Shown here: positions 9,260-18,434 of the stretch, one piece after another | How positions within the stretch are numbered: the stretch's first letter is position 1 | Layout: each line of letters begins with the position of its first letter | The notes under the pieces: generated by a model | Seen by the model: the letters and a program-made list of their open reading frames with translations, nothing else | What the model was told of the DNA's origin: nothing | The model's database searches: none | Origin: Desulfotalea psychrophila LSv54 | GTDB lineage: Bacteria > Desulfobacterota > Desulfobulbia > Desulfobulbales > Desulfocapsaceae | DNA length: 32,000 nt | Direction: 5' to 3' | Assembly: GCF_000025945.1 (NCBI RefSeq) | Contig: NC_006138.1 | Span: 1,140,001-1,172,000, forward strand | Position numbers and translations under genes: made by a program

Positions 9260-9295
9260 GGCAACAGATTCTAAAACAATCTGTTGCCTTTTTTT
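9260..9295 (+). terminator. Rho-independent terminator of the hdr-mvh operon
   Basis: Perfect 11-bp stem GGCAACAGATT/AATCTGTTGCC with a 7-nt loop, followed by T7 (9289-9295). Confidence 0.75.
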
Positions 9296-9402
9296 ATGTT
9301 GTTGCGGTAAAGTGTTGGTCGGTTGTTGTTTTTTGTGGAGAGCATTGATCCTGTCCGGGTCGATATTGTAGATTGGCTCCATGGTAAATTAGAAAGGAGT
9401 AG

Positions 9403-10509
9403 GTGGACGTGATAAACCAACTTCCAAGCCCAGAAGCATTGCTTGAAGAGCTGCATCGTGTTGTAAGTAAGCCCATTCGTTTAATGGTTGTTTGTGGTAC
9501 CCATAACCGAGCCATCCTTCGGTATGGAATCAGAGAAGAGTTACCCGATTTTATCGAACTTGTTGCTGGACCTGGTTGTAGCGTCTGTGTGATGCCGACG
9601 GGACATGTTGACGCCTTTGTTAAGGTTGCCCGCCAGCCGGACGTTATTACTGCCACCTGTGAAGACCTGTTGAAGGTACGCGGGAGCAAGGAGTCTTTGG
9701 CCGATGTCCTCAATGAGGGAGTGCACCGTGTTGAAATTATCTCTTCTCCTCGTCAGGCCCTTGAGCTGGCCTATGTAGAGGAGGATAAGATTGTTGTTTA
9801 TCCTGCCGTGGGTTTTGAGGCTACGGCTCCCAGTATTGCCGAGACTATTTTAGAGGCGGCCCAAAATGGGGTGGGAAATTTTTGTGTTATTCCTTCCATT
9901 CGCCTGCTTCCACCAACCATTGATGCCCTCCTCCTTGATCCCCAGTTGAGTATTCAGGGATTGCTCTGTTCAGATCATATCAATACCATTTCTGACACCG
10001 AAGCCTATGCCGATCTTGCCCGTAAACATAGCCTGAGCTGTTGTATTGCAGGTTTTGAAAAGGCAGAGATTCTACAGGGGATTCTCAGCATGGTTAAGCA
10101 GATCCATCGTGGTGAATCCATGGTGGATGCCAGTGGTGCCATGGTTTATTCAATGGAAGAGACAGCCCGGGCCCGGAGGGTGGTGGAAGAGGTTTTCTTT
10201 CCAACGGAAACGGCTTGGAGAGGTTTGGGCTCTATTGCTGAGAGTGGTTTTGTTATCCGTGATGAGTTGGCCCTCTATGACGCCACTAAACGTTTTAATG
10301 TTCGTTTTGCTGAGGGTACGGATCAATGCATGTGTCACTGTAATGAAATTATTTCTGGACGCGCCCTGCCGCCTGACTGTCCTGCCTTTGGTATGGCCTG
10401 TACCCTGCAGAATCCCGTGGGGCCCTGTATGATTTCCAATGAGGGCATTTGTGCTGCATACTTTAAGTATAAGTTGGAGTCTTCCAGATTTTCCCGTTTA
10501 GATGTCTAG
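9403..10509 (+). CDS. hypD: Hydrogenase maturation factor HypD
   Basis: VCGTHNRA (the CGxH motif), GPGCSVCVMP (GPGCPVCV motif) and a C-terminal Cys-rich region. GTG start at 9403; GTG 9409 has better spacing to the AGGAG at 9395-9399. Confidence 0.9.
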   Translation: MDVINQLPSPEALLEELHRVVSKPIRLMVVCGTHNRAILRYGIREELPDFIELVAGPGCSVCVMPTGHVDAFVKVARQPDVITATCEDLLKVRGSKESLADVLNEGVHRVEIISSPRQALELAYVEEDKIVVYPAVGFEATAPSIAETILEAAQNGVGNFCVIPSIRLLPPTIDALLLDPQLSIQGLLCSDHINTISDTEAYADLARKHSLSCCIAGFEKAEILQGILSMVKQIHRGESMVDASGAMVYSMEETARARRVVEEVFFPTETAWRGLGSIAESGFVIRDELALYDATKRFNVRFAEGTDQCMCHCNEIISGRALPPDCPAFGMACTLQNPVGPCMISNEGICAAYFKYKLESSRFSRLDV

Positions 10510-10528
10510 TCTTATTTAGAAGGATATT

Positions 10529-10774
10529 ATGCACGAGTTTTCTCTTGCCCAGGGCCTGCACGATCAGTTGCTTGACCTTGCCCATGAACATGAGGCCCAG
10601 AGGGTGCAAAAGGCTGAAATCTGTATCGGTGAAAATGCCGGTATTGTTGTGGAATCATTTCTCTTTGGCTTTGATGTCCTTGCCAGTCAAAATGATATTA
10701 CCAGAGATACCGAGCTGGTCGTTGAGAGAGACGATGGCAGAGATCTCATCCTGATGCGTCTTGAGCTTTCTTGA
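10529..10774 (+). CDS. hypA: HypA-like nickel metallochaperone lacking the zinc-finger domain (81 aa)
   Basis: It has the N-terminal MHE Ni-binding motif (MHEFSLAQGL...), a HypA-like core (ICIGENAGIVVESFLFGFDVL) and a HypA-like C-terminal strand (LILMRLELS). There are no CxxC...CxxC motifs. AGAAGGA SD. Confidence 0.65.
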   Translation: MHEFSLAQGLHDQLLDLAHEHEAQRVQKAEICIGENAGIVVESFLFGFDVLASQNDITRDTELVVERDDGRDLILMRLELS

Positions 10775-10847
10775 GATTTTCTTGCCTGCAGTGGAGGATG
10801 TATAGGGAGAAGCGATTATTGAACTTATTGATATCTGGATTAACTAT

Positions 10848-10876
10848 TTGACTTATATACCTAATTATTAAAGAAT
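10848..10876 (+). promoter_or_regulatory. Candidate sigma-70 promoter for the mauE-rhodanese pair
   Basis: TTGACT (10848-10853), a 17-nt spacer, then AAGAAT (10871-10876), about 40 nt upstream of ATG 10919. This rests on sequence pattern only. Confidence 0.25.
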
Positions 10877-10918
10877 AGCAACTTGTTGAGGTTGTTAAAC
10901 TATTAATACGGGTGAGGT

Positions 10919-11413
10919 ATGTCTGCCAGATATCAAGATAAAAAGTACCACTATATAGACAGATCCTGTTGTTGCCTGTTGGCTGTGGTTTTTTTCTATG
11001 CAGGCATCCCCAAGTTGTTCCATCCAGTCGATTTTGCCCTGACCATTGAGGCCTATGGCATGTTGCCCGACATGCTGGTCATACCTGTTTCCTATCTCCT
11101 GCCCCTTTTTGAAGTTGTTTTAGGTCTTGCCCTCTTGCAGGGGCGGGTGGAGGGGGTATGGGCTGCCCTTTTTCTGCTCATCTCTTTTATTTTGATTTTA
11201 AGCTACGCCCTCTATCTCGGGCTTGATATTGACTGCGGTTGCTTTGGCCCCGAAGATCCGGAGCAGGCTGCCTTTTCGGGCATACGTACAGCCCTGATCC
11301 GTGATTTTCTCCTTCTTATTCCTGTCATTATCCCCCTTACCCTGCGAAAAGCATATGCGGAGCTTTGGCTGCCGCTTTTTTTAAATCCATTATTCCTTAA
11401 GGAGAAGAAATGA
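10919..11413 (+). CDS. MauE/DoxX-family integral membrane protein
   Basis: It has four hydrophobic segments and the motif DIDCGCFG, typical of MauE-type proteins. The stop overlaps the next start (ATGA). Confidence 0.65.
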   Translation: MSARYQDKKYHYIDRSCCCLLAVVFFYAGIPKLFHPVDFALTIEAYGMLPDMLVIPVSYLLPLFEVVLGLALLQGRVEGVWAALFLLISFILILSYALYLGLDIDCGCFGPEDPEQAAFSGIRTALIRDFLLLIPVIIPLTLRKAYAELWLPLFLNPLFLKEKK

Positions 11414-11934
11414 ATATTAAAGTATCGGCATTGGTTTTTGCCCTCTGTCTGGCAGTTGCAGGAAACTGTTTTGCCTTTGGTAGCTCTAAGTTTAAAAAAG
11501 AGGTAGAAAAGGAAACAGGGGCGGTCAAGCTTGTGCGTGAGGTTCAGCGTGGTGGTTACGATCTGCTCACTACAGATGAGTTGAAGAAGATGATTGATGG
11601 GGGCCAGAAGATGGTCATCGTTGATACCATGCCCTATGAGTCCAGTTATAAAAAGGCCCATCTTCCCGGTGCTGTCCAGTTTCTCTTTCCTATTCCAGAT
11701 ATGAATATCTGGGATAGCGCCGAGACAGCCGGTAAGACAGAGGCGGATTATAAGGCCCTCTTAGGTAGTGATCTGGATGCTACTATTGTGGTTTACTGTG
11801 GCTTTGTTAAGTGTACTCGCAGTCATAATGGTGCTGTCTGGGCGAAAAAATTGGGTTATAAAAACGTCTATCGCTATTCAGGTGGTATCTATGCCTGGAA
11901 GGGTGCCGGTTGTTCTGTGGCCAAGGTTAAGTAG
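11410..11934 (+). CDS. Secreted rhodanese-domain sulfurtransferase-like protein
   Basis: Signal peptide MNIKVSALVFALCLAVAGNCFA. The rhodanese fold ends in VVYCGFVKCTRSHNGAVWAKKLGYKNVYRYSGGIYAWKGAG (active-site Cys loop). Confidence 0.7.
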   Translation: MNIKVSALVFALCLAVAGNCFAFGSSKFKKEVEKETGAVKLVREVQRGGYDLLTTDELKKMIDGGQKMVIVDTMPYESSYKKAHLPGAVQFLFPIPDMNIWDSAETAGKTEADYKALLGSDLDATIVVYCGFVKCTRSHNGAVWAKKLGYKNVYRYSGGIYAWKGAGCSVAKVK

Positions 11935-11956
11935 ACTTAAGGTGTGAATGTAGTGG

Positions 11957-11984
11957 AAATGGCAGCTTGAGCTGCCATTTTTTT
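11957..11984. terminator. Hairpin plus T-tract between convergent genes
   Basis: ATGGCAGC-TTGA-GCTGCCAT is followed by a T-run to 11984, so it is strong for the + strand. On the - strand only a short U-run follows. Confidence 0.6.
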
Positions 11985-11993
11985 GTGGCCCGT

Positions 11994-12524
11994 CTATATT
12001 TCCCGTAGGTAGTCGTTTTTCAGGGTGACATAGCTTTGGGCAGACTCTTGCAGATAGTCAAGCTCATCCTCTCTCAGGGGTCTGGCCTTTTGGGCCGGGC
12101 TGCCCTGATAGAGGAAGCCGCTTTCAAGTCTCTTCCCCGGGGTGACCAGAGAACCCGCTGCCAGTAGTACATCGTCCTCTATGATGACTCCATCAAGGAC
12201 AATAGCTCCCATACCAATAAGTACCCTGTTGCCTATCTGACAGCCGTGCAGCATGGCCTTGTGACCGATGGTAACATCTGTGCCAATATCGATTCGAAAA
12301 CCATTGGGTTTTATCTTGCTCTTGCGACTGACGTGGAGGACACTTCCCTCCTGAATATTGGTGCGGGCGCCGATGGTAATGGTGTGGACATCACCGCGTA
12401 TTGCCACCAGTGGCCAGATATTGACATCGTCACCCAAGCGGACATCACCGATAACAACAGAACTGCTATCTACATAGACATTCTTGCCAACAGTGGGCAG
12501 GACTTTTAGAAATGGGCGTAGCAT
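11994..12524 (-). CDS. Gamma-class carbonic anhydrase-like / left-handed beta-helix hexapeptide-repeat protein (YrdA/PaaY-like)
   Basis: Hexapeptide repeats run throughout (VVIGDVRLGDDVNIWPLVAIRGD..., IGHKAMLHGCQIGNRVLIGMGAIV). Start chosen at ATG 12524, preceded by TAGGAG; the track extension starts at a TTG. Confidence 0.85.
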   Translation of the reverse strand: MLRPFLKVLPTVGKNVYVDSSSVVIGDVRLGDDVNIWPLVAIRGDVHTITIGARTNIQEGSVLHVSRKSKIKPNGFRIDIGTDVTIGHKAMLHGCQIGNRVLIGMGAIVLDGVIIEDDVLLAAGSLVTPGKRLESGFLYQGSPAQKARPLREDELDYLQESAQSYVTLKNDYLREI

Positions 12525-12702
12525 AATACTCCTAGGTCTCTGACTTTTGCTCAAGGAAAATCTTATCTCTTGCCTCCAGAGTATCCGTCCGGTGGCATCA
12601 TGACTATATAATATAAATTCAGGTGAAGACGAAGGGAAATATGCATCCCTCCTATTTTGGGTGGTGGTCTTGTTTGCTCATGAGCTGTCAACTGCCGGGC
12701 AC

Positions 12703-12733
12703 AAAAAAAGGCGACGGGGATATCCCCGTCGCC
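12703..12733 (-). terminator. Rho-independent terminator of the lactate-utilisation operon
   Basis: On the - strand: GGCGACGGGGA-TA-TCCCCGTCGCC followed by T7, 32 nt after the lutBA stop. Confidence 0.75.
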
Positions 12734-12764
12734 TTTTCACTAGCTTTCTGCTAGAGAGGTGTCT

Positions 12765-14915
12765 CTATTTTCTGCGCTTGGCCAGCATCTCAGCGATGTG
12801 GCGTACCTCAATATTAAGACCGTGCTTTTTCGCACCACCACGGATCTGCATAACGCAACCAGGGCAGTCTGTGACGAGAATATCGGCCTTTGTCTCCTGG
12901 ATGTTTTTTAGCTTGTTTTCAAGAAGCTGACCGGAAATTTTAGGAAACTTAGCAGAGTAGGTGCCACCAAAGCCACAGCAGACGTCTTCCTCGGCGCATG
13001 GCACATAGTCGAGCCCCGCCTTAACCATAAGTTCGCGTGGGGCATCTTTCACCCCAAGGCCACGACAGAGATGGCAGGGGGCATGGTAGGTGACCTTCTC
13101 ACCCTTGGTGGTGATGAAATCTTCCCTCTTCATCTCGATAACATCGTTCATAAAGGAGCTGTAATCAATGAACTTGTCGGTGATCTTATCCACCCGGCTG
13201 GCGTAGATAGGATCGTCGCCAATAATCTTCTTGTAGTTGTGCTTAAAGTGAGAGACACAGGAGGCACACATACTGAGGATATAATCGCAGTCACACTTCT
13301 CAAAGGCTTCCAGATTCTGAATAGCAATCTCTTTTGCAGCCTGCATCTCGCCGAGCATCTGCATGGGCAGGCCGCAGCAGGTCTGCTCCATTGGGAACTC
13401 TACGGAAACCCCCTTGTCTCTAAAGCTCTCAATGGTGGCAACGGATTGTTCCGGATAGACAAAATCCTGAACACAGCCGGCAAAGAAGGCAATCTTAATC
13501 TTGGGCTTAGCAGGGTTTTTACCGATTCTCTGCCAGATATCTCTGAAAGGTTCCTTGGCCACGGTGGGCAGGGCCCTGAAGTCATGGCTGGGGAAGAAGA
13601 CCATGGGCAGATGACGCATGAAGCCGTCTTTGCCCTTGAGAGGTTTTTGGGCGGTCTGGGCGATGCGGAGGAACTTGTGGAAGAGTTTACGGTTCTTCAG
13701 CATCTTGCCGGCCAGGGCAGAGTAGAGCGGATGTCCTGCCTTGTCCTGAATTCTGATGTGAATCTCTTTGATCAGGGCTGGCAGGTCAATGCCGGCTGCA
13801 CATACCTCCTTACAGGCGCCACAGTTGATACAGTTCTGGACCAGATTTTTGGCCTTCTCTTCACCGTGGAAGAAATAGGTGAGGATGAGACCGATGGCAC
13901 CGATATAGATATGGCCCATCTTGTGTCCGCCAACCATTCGGTATACGGGGCAGACATTGGCACAGGCCCCGCAGCGAACACAGGCGAGTACCTGAGAGAA
14001 CTGAGGGTCTTTGGCCATGGCACTACGACCGTTATCGAGGAAGATATAGTGCATCTTCTTGCCGGTGTCGGTGCTGGCACATTCATTGGCACCGGTTACC
14101 CAGGTGACATAGGAGGTGAGACCCTGGCCGGTGGCATTACGGGGGAGGGCCTTGAGGATGCGCAGGGCATCGTGCATATTTGCGGTAAGCTTTTCAAGTC
14201 CCATCAGGGCAACGTGAACGCGTGGCACGGTACTTGCCATTCGGGCGTTACCTTCGTTGGTGACAATGCCGATGGTACCGGTTTCAGCAATGGCAAAGTT
14301 ACCACCGGAAAAACCCATATCGGCCTTGACGAATACGCCACGAAGTTCCTCACGGGCCACCCTGACAAGGGTTGTAATATCATCATTTTGCTTCTTGCCA
14401 GTAACATCACTGAAGAGATCACGCACCTGGTAGCGAGAGAGGTGGATGGCAGGCACAACCATGTGGCTGGGGCCCTCGTGGCGGAGCTGGATGATGTATT
14501 CGCCAAGATCACTCTCTGTTACCTCAAAACCCTCGTCTTCGAGGTAGTGAGTAAGGAGGGTTTCCTCGGAGGTCATGGACTTAGCCTTAACCACCGACTG
14601 GCAATTTTCATCTCTGGCGATCCGGGCAATCAGCTCATTTGCTGCCTGGGCATCCTTTGCCAGGTGAACAACGGCACCGTTTTTCTCGGCGTTCTTTTTA
14701 AACTGGGCGTAGAGCGCGTCAAGGTTTTTTACAGCCTCTTTTTTGGCGCAGGCGATTTCGCCTATGAGCTTTTTGTCATCGATGCCGGCAAATGCCTTGT
14801 GTCTGCTCTCCTTATAGGAGATGGCAAATTTGTCCATCATGCTTCTGAGAAAGTCATCGTTAAGGGCTTCGTCGAGCTCTGTTCTGTACTGGGATAGGTT
14901 TTTAGCAGTTTGCAT
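12765..14915 (-). CDS. Fused LutB-LutA (LldF-LldE) lactate-utilisation iron-sulfur protein, 716 aa
   Basis: Start at ATG 14915 (MQTAKNLSQYR) after GGAGGAAG. LUD/DUF162 region: SDLGEYIIQLRHEGPSHMVVPAIH. Two ferredoxin motifs: CVRCGACANVCP and CINCGACKEVC. Then two CCG domains: FFAGCVQDF, CCGLP, YHAPCHLCRG, CCGFGGTYS, DCPGCVMQ. This is the same architecture I recall for the roughly 717-aa Desulfovibrio LldEF-type protein. Confidence 0.85.
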   Translation of the reverse strand: MQTAKNLSQYRTELDEALNDDFLRSMMDKFAISYKESRHKAFAGIDDKKLIGEIACAKKEAVKNLDALYAQFKKNAEKNGAVVHLAKDAQAANELIARIARDENCQSVVKAKSMTSEETLLTHYLEDEGFEVTESDLGEYIIQLRHEGPSHMVVPAIHLSRYQVRDLFSDVTGKKQNDDITTLVRVAREELRGVFVKADMGFSGGNFAIAETGTIGIVTNEGNARMASTVPRVHVALMGLEKLTANMHDALRILKALPRNATGQGLTSYVTWVTGANECASTDTGKKMHYIFLDNGRSAMAKDPQFSQVLACVRCGACANVCPVYRMVGGHKMGHIYIGAIGLILTYFFHGEEKAKNLVQNCINCGACKEVCAAGIDLPALIKEIHIRIQDKAGHPLYSALAGKMLKNRKLFHKFLRIAQTAQKPLKGKDGFMRHLPMVFFPSHDFRALPTVAKEPFRDIWQRIGKNPAKPKIKIAFFAGCVQDFVYPEQSVATIESFRDKGVSVEFPMEQTCCGLPMQMLGEMQAAKEIAIQNLEAFEKCDCDYILSMCASCVSHFKHNYKKIIGDDPIYASRVDKITDKFIDYSSFMNDVIEMKREDFITTKGEKVTYHAPCHLCRGLGVKDAPRELMVKAGLDYVPCAEEDVCCGFGGTYSAKFPKISGQLLENKLKNIQETKADILVTDCPGCVMQIRGGAKKHGLNIEVRHIAEMLAKRRK

Positions 14916-15508
14916 TACACTTCCTCCAAAAGAAGAATATGGAGATAGAGGGGGCCATGGGCGCCAACGGTAAGAACACGCTCGACATCTGCGGTACGAC
15001 TGGGTCCGGTGATGAAGGCTGTGTAGTCTGCCTTTTTCATCCAACCCGTGAGGATGTCTTCAATATCGTAGGCGTCAGCAACAATTTTTGCTACGGGGAG
15101 AACGGCAATATGTGCTTCGCTTACCATGGTGGCAAGGCGTAACTCTTCGTTTGGGCAGTTGAGAACAATTGTGCCTGTGTCGATAATACCGTAGTCGGCA
15201 AAGGTGAATCCGATGTCAACGCCACCGAGGTAGGAGCGCATATTGTTCTTGATAAGCTTAAAGTCCTTAGCATCAGCTAGGCCTTTAAGGCTTGCAAACT
15301 GGTCATCGCTCAGGGTCGGGGCAGCAATAATTTTACCTGGTTTATTGGAAAGATCCTTCGGGCATCCGGGAAAAGGCTTACGCTCTTCCTTTTCAGCACA
15401 GAGGTCTACAGCATATTTATATGCTTCTTCCATTGAAGAGACCCTGGCCACTGAGGCATGAACTGCCTCAGCCCTGTCGCTGAAAAGTTGTATGTCTTTT
15501 TCTGTCAT
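14915..15508 (-). CDS. lutC: LutC/LldG-type lactate-utilisation protein (LUD domain)
   Basis: 197 aa, with a LUD-domain-like sequence. The stop overlaps the downstream ATG (TAATG), which implies translational coupling to lutBA. Confidence 0.75.
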   Translation of the reverse strand: MTEKDIQLFSDRAEAVHASVARVSSMEEAYKYAVDLCAEKEERKPFPGCPKDLSNKPGKIIAAPTLSDDQFASLKGLADAKDFKLIKNNMRSYLGGVDIGFTFADYGIIDTGTIVLNCPNEELRLATMVSEAHIAVLPVAKIVADAYDIEDILTGWMKKADYTAFITGPSRTADVERVLTVGAHGPLYLHILLLEEV

Positions 15509-15632
15509 TTTTGTTTCCTTGTACGCGAGATAATTTTTTGTTGCGGCGATACCTGACCCTATCCTATCTTTAGATGAGGCCTGTTTTTCGTCCCTGGATC
15601 AGAGTGTCTTTTGAAGGCCGCACTGATTCGGG

Positions 15633-15660
15633 AAAACTCCCGCTAAACTGATAGCGGGAG
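15633..15660 (-). terminator. Hairpin plus short U-run between glcF-like and lutC (attenuator or partial terminator)
   Basis: Perfect 9-bp stem CTCCCGCTA/TAGCGGGAG with a 6-nt loop, followed on the - strand by TTTT. It begins 9 nt after the glcF-like stop. Confidence 0.4.
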
Positions 15661-15668
15661 GGGTACTG

Positions 15669-16964
15669 CTATGGTAATGATTCTGCGTAAATTTCTATAA
15701 CGTGACGCACCTCGACTCCTCCACCCGATTGGGAGAGGACATCGGCAAGTTGCATCATGCATGCCGGGCAACCGGTACTGACCACATCTGCCTTAACCGC
15801 CCTTATATTGTCGGCCTTATGCATACCTATCTGCTTTGAAAGGTCGTAGTGGAAGAGATTAAAGGTGCCACCATTTCCACAGCACTTATTGGCATCGGTC
15901 ATTTCCTTGAACTCATAGGACGGATTCAACTTGAGCAGGGTCCGTGGTTGGCTGGTAACCTTAAGGGACTTGGCCAGATGGCATGGGTCATGGTAGGTGA
16001 CGACCTTGCCGCCGACTGGTTTTTCAGCAGGCTCCTTAACACCGAGGACATTAACAATAAATTCATTGATATCCATGGCCTTGGCTGCAAGACGGGTTAC
16101 CTTTTCTTTGAAGATGGCATCTTCATCGTCAATCATCTTGATCCACAGCTCTTTTATGGTATCTGTACAGGTGCCGCAGGGGGTGATGATATAGTCAAAA
16201 TCTTTGTTGTCAAAGGCCTGAACATTTTGTCTCATCAGGGCAATAAAGGCCTTGGTCTCTCCGGAGGCGAGGGTGGGGATGCCACAGCAGGCCTGACCTT
16301 TTGGTAAAAATACGCCAACACCATGATGCTTAAAGATCTTCATGGCAGCATGACCGATATGGGGGCTCATCTTGTCCACAACGCAACCGGGGAAGAAGGC
16401 AATCTTCACCCCGCTTTTGCCCGCCGGGGTATCCAGCTGTGGATAATCCAGTCGAAAGGGTCGCTTGGCCAGAGAGCCGAAGTGTCTTTTGCCCAGTAAC
16501 GGAGTGAGGAGGCTACAGCTGTTTGTGGCTGCAGCCGCATCTTCCTTATGAACAAAAATGTTTTGAAACTGTGCACTTACCAAGGTAAGAAAATCAAAGA
16601 GTTTTGGGCGGGTTAAAAACCCTCGGAATATGATCTTCTTCAGCGGATGGAGACCCTTGTAGGTGGTGACAATAACGCGGGCATTGATAAAGATGTCCAT
16701 GATATGTACGCCACTGGGGCAGGCCGCTGCACAGGAGCCACAGAGGAGGCATTTGGTCAGTTTCTCATTCACCTGATCTGAATCCTTGATCATTTCACGA
16801 GCAAGTTGCTCAAGTAATGCGATCTTGCCCCGAGTAACATCACCTTCATGCATGGTTTCAGCAAAGACTGGACAGACCGCTTGGCACATGCCGCATTTCA
16901 TGCAGGAGGCCATCTGGTCATCGAGTTCCATGAGCTGATCGGCTAATTTTTTAAGATCAGACAT
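15669..16964 (-). CDS. GlcF-like Fe-S subunit (2x[4Fe-4S] plus 2 CCG domains) of a lactate/glycolate dehydrogenase
   Basis: CMKCGMCQAVCP and CLLCGSCAAACP, then FFPGCVVD, CCGIP, YHDPCHLAKS, CCGNGGTF, GCPACMMQ. Confidence 0.85.
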   Translation of the reverse strand: MSDLKKLADQLMELDDQMASCMKCGMCQAVCPVFAETMHEGDVTRGKIALLEQLAREMIKDSDQVNEKLTKCLLCGSCAAACPSGVHIMDIFINARVIVTTYKGLHPLKKIIFRGFLTRPKLFDFLTLVSAQFQNIFVHKEDAAAATNSCSLLTPLLGKRHFGSLAKRPFRLDYPQLDTPAGKSGVKIAFFPGCVVDKMSPHIGHAAMKIFKHHGVGVFLPKGQACCGIPTLASGETKAFIALMRQNVQAFDNKDFDYIITPCGTCTDTIKELWIKMIDDEDAIFKEKVTRLAAKAMDINEFIVNVLGVKEPAEKPVGGKVVTYHDPCHLAKSLKVTSQPRTLLKLNPSYEFKEMTDANKCCGNGGTFNLFHYDLSKQIGMHKADNIRAVKADVVSTGCPACMMQLADVLSQSGGGVEVRHVIEIYAESLP

Positions 16965-16969
16965 TTTTA

Positions 16970-18352
16970 CTAACCTCCAATGATCTTGCCGGGGTTTAAG
17001 ATTCCCTTGGGATCAATAGCTTTTTTCATGTTTAGTGAGTAATCAAGAGTAGCTCTTGAGGTTTCTTTTTCCATCCATTTAGACTTAGCGATACCGATGC
17101 CGTGCTCTCCAGAGAGGGTGCCTTTTAGAGAAAGGGCAACGTCAAATATCTCATCAATTGCCTCTTCAACTCGGGCAAATTCCTTTTTATCCCGGCGATC
17201 ACAGAGAATGGTTGGGTGAAGATTGCCGTCACCGGCGTGGCCAAAGGTGCCTATGGAAAGGTTATGCTTTTTCGCAATATTATTAACCCCACGAATCATT
17301 GCAGGAATCTGGCTACGGGGAACCGTAGCATCTTCAAGTACTGTTGTTGGGCGGGCTCGGGCCAGAGCGGGGAGGGCATTACGACGTGCAGTCCAGAGGC
17401 TTTCTCGTTCCGCTGCAGTTTCTGCCGCCTGAACATAGGTAGCACCGATTTTTTTACAGAGCTTAACAATCTTTTCTGCATCTTCGGCAACTTCTGCCGG
17501 ATGGCCATCTACCTCGATGAGCAAAATTCCCTGGGCATCGGTTGGTAGACCGGCCTTGGTGTAGTCTTCAACATAACGAATAACAGCGTTATCGAGTAAC
17601 TCAAGGGTACAGGGAACGATGTGGCTTGCAATAATTCCAGCCACAGCTTCTGAGGCCTTATCAATATCATCGAAAACAGCCATCATAGCCTTGGAGGCCT
17701 TTGGGGGTGGGACAAGCTTAAGGATGATGTTGCTGAAGATGCCGAGGGTGCCCTCGGAGGCAATCATTAAACCGGTGAGATTATATCCTGTTACGCATTT
17801 GACTGTGCGGGAACCGGATTTGATGAGATCGCCATTGACGTCATAGAAATCTATACCCATTACATAGTCTTTGGTGACACCGTATTTGAGACCCCGGAGT
17901 CCACCAGCATTCTCAGCGACGTTACCGGCCAGGGTGGAGACGGCTTGACTGCCTGGATCAGGCGGGTAAAAGAGATTACGTTTTGCCACCTCGTTGGCAA
18001 ACTGAGCGGTGACTACACCGGGCTCTACTACGGCATAGAGATCCTCTTCGTTAATCTCAAGTATCTTGTTCAGACCATTGGTGAGAAGAACGACTCCGCC
18101 GGGATGGGGAATTGTTCCACCCGAGAGGTTGGTGCCGGCACCACGTACGGTGACGGGAAGGCCAAGATCATTACAGAGCCTGGTTACGGGACCTATTTCC
18201 TCGGTGGTGCAGGGCTTGACAACCAGAGCAGGAACCGACGGGGTAAGTACTGCCGAGTCGTATGAGTAGGTATGGAGATCGCTCTCCGTGTGCAACACGT
18301 TTTTTGCACCAACGATTGCCGCAAACTCTTTGGCTAATTTGGAATTGGACAT
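16970..18352 (-). CDS. FAD-linked oxidase, GlcD-like (D-lactate dehydrogenase catalytic subunit)
   Basis: FAD_binding_4-type N-terminus (VVKPCTTEEIGPVTRLCNDLGLPVTVRGAGTNLSGG) and a C-terminal GlcD-like region (GTLSGEHGIGIAK, DPKGILNPGK). AGGAGAAAAG SD. Confidence 0.9.
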   Translation of the reverse strand: MSNSKLAKEFAAIVGAKNVLHTESDLHTYSYDSAVLTPSVPALVVKPCTTEEIGPVTRLCNDLGLPVTVRGAGTNLSGGTIPHPGGVVLLTNGLNKILEINEEDLYAVVEPGVVTAQFANEVAKRNLFYPPDPGSQAVSTLAGNVAENAGGLRGLKYGVTKDYVMGIDFYDVNGDLIKSGSRTVKCVTGYNLTGLMIASEGTLGIFSNIILKLVPPPKASKAMMAVFDDIDKASEAVAGIIASHIVPCTLELLDNAVIRYVEDYTKAGLPTDAQGILLIEVDGHPAEVAEDAEKIVKLCKKIGATYVQAAETAAERESLWTARRNALPALARARPTTVLEDATVPRSQIPAMIRGVNNIAKKHNLSIGTFGHAGDGNLHPTILCDRRDKKEFARVEEAIDEIFDVALSLKGTLSGEHGIGIAKSKWMEKETSRATLDYSLNMKKAIDPKGILNPGKIIGG

Positions 18353-18434
18353 CTTTTCTCCTGTAAAATATATGATAATAATAACGTTGCCGGCAGGGAT
18401 AGGTGGCTAATCCTGCCGGTTGGTGAGTTTTTAA

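Noticed and set aside
10772-10822. Possible fifth Sec: the hypA TGA is followed in frame by DFLACSGGCIGRSDY-stop
   Set aside because: I found no convincing hairpin with a G-containing loop 16-37 nt downstream. The extension is short and does not resemble the HypA zinc domain, which is internal rather than C-terminal. This is probably coincidence, but it is cheap to re-check by alignment.
13071-14897. 608-aa ORF on the + strand
   Set aside because: It lies entirely antisense to the well-supported lutBA gene. It has a low-complexity G/L/V-rich composition typical of shadow ORFs, no recognisable motif and no SD.
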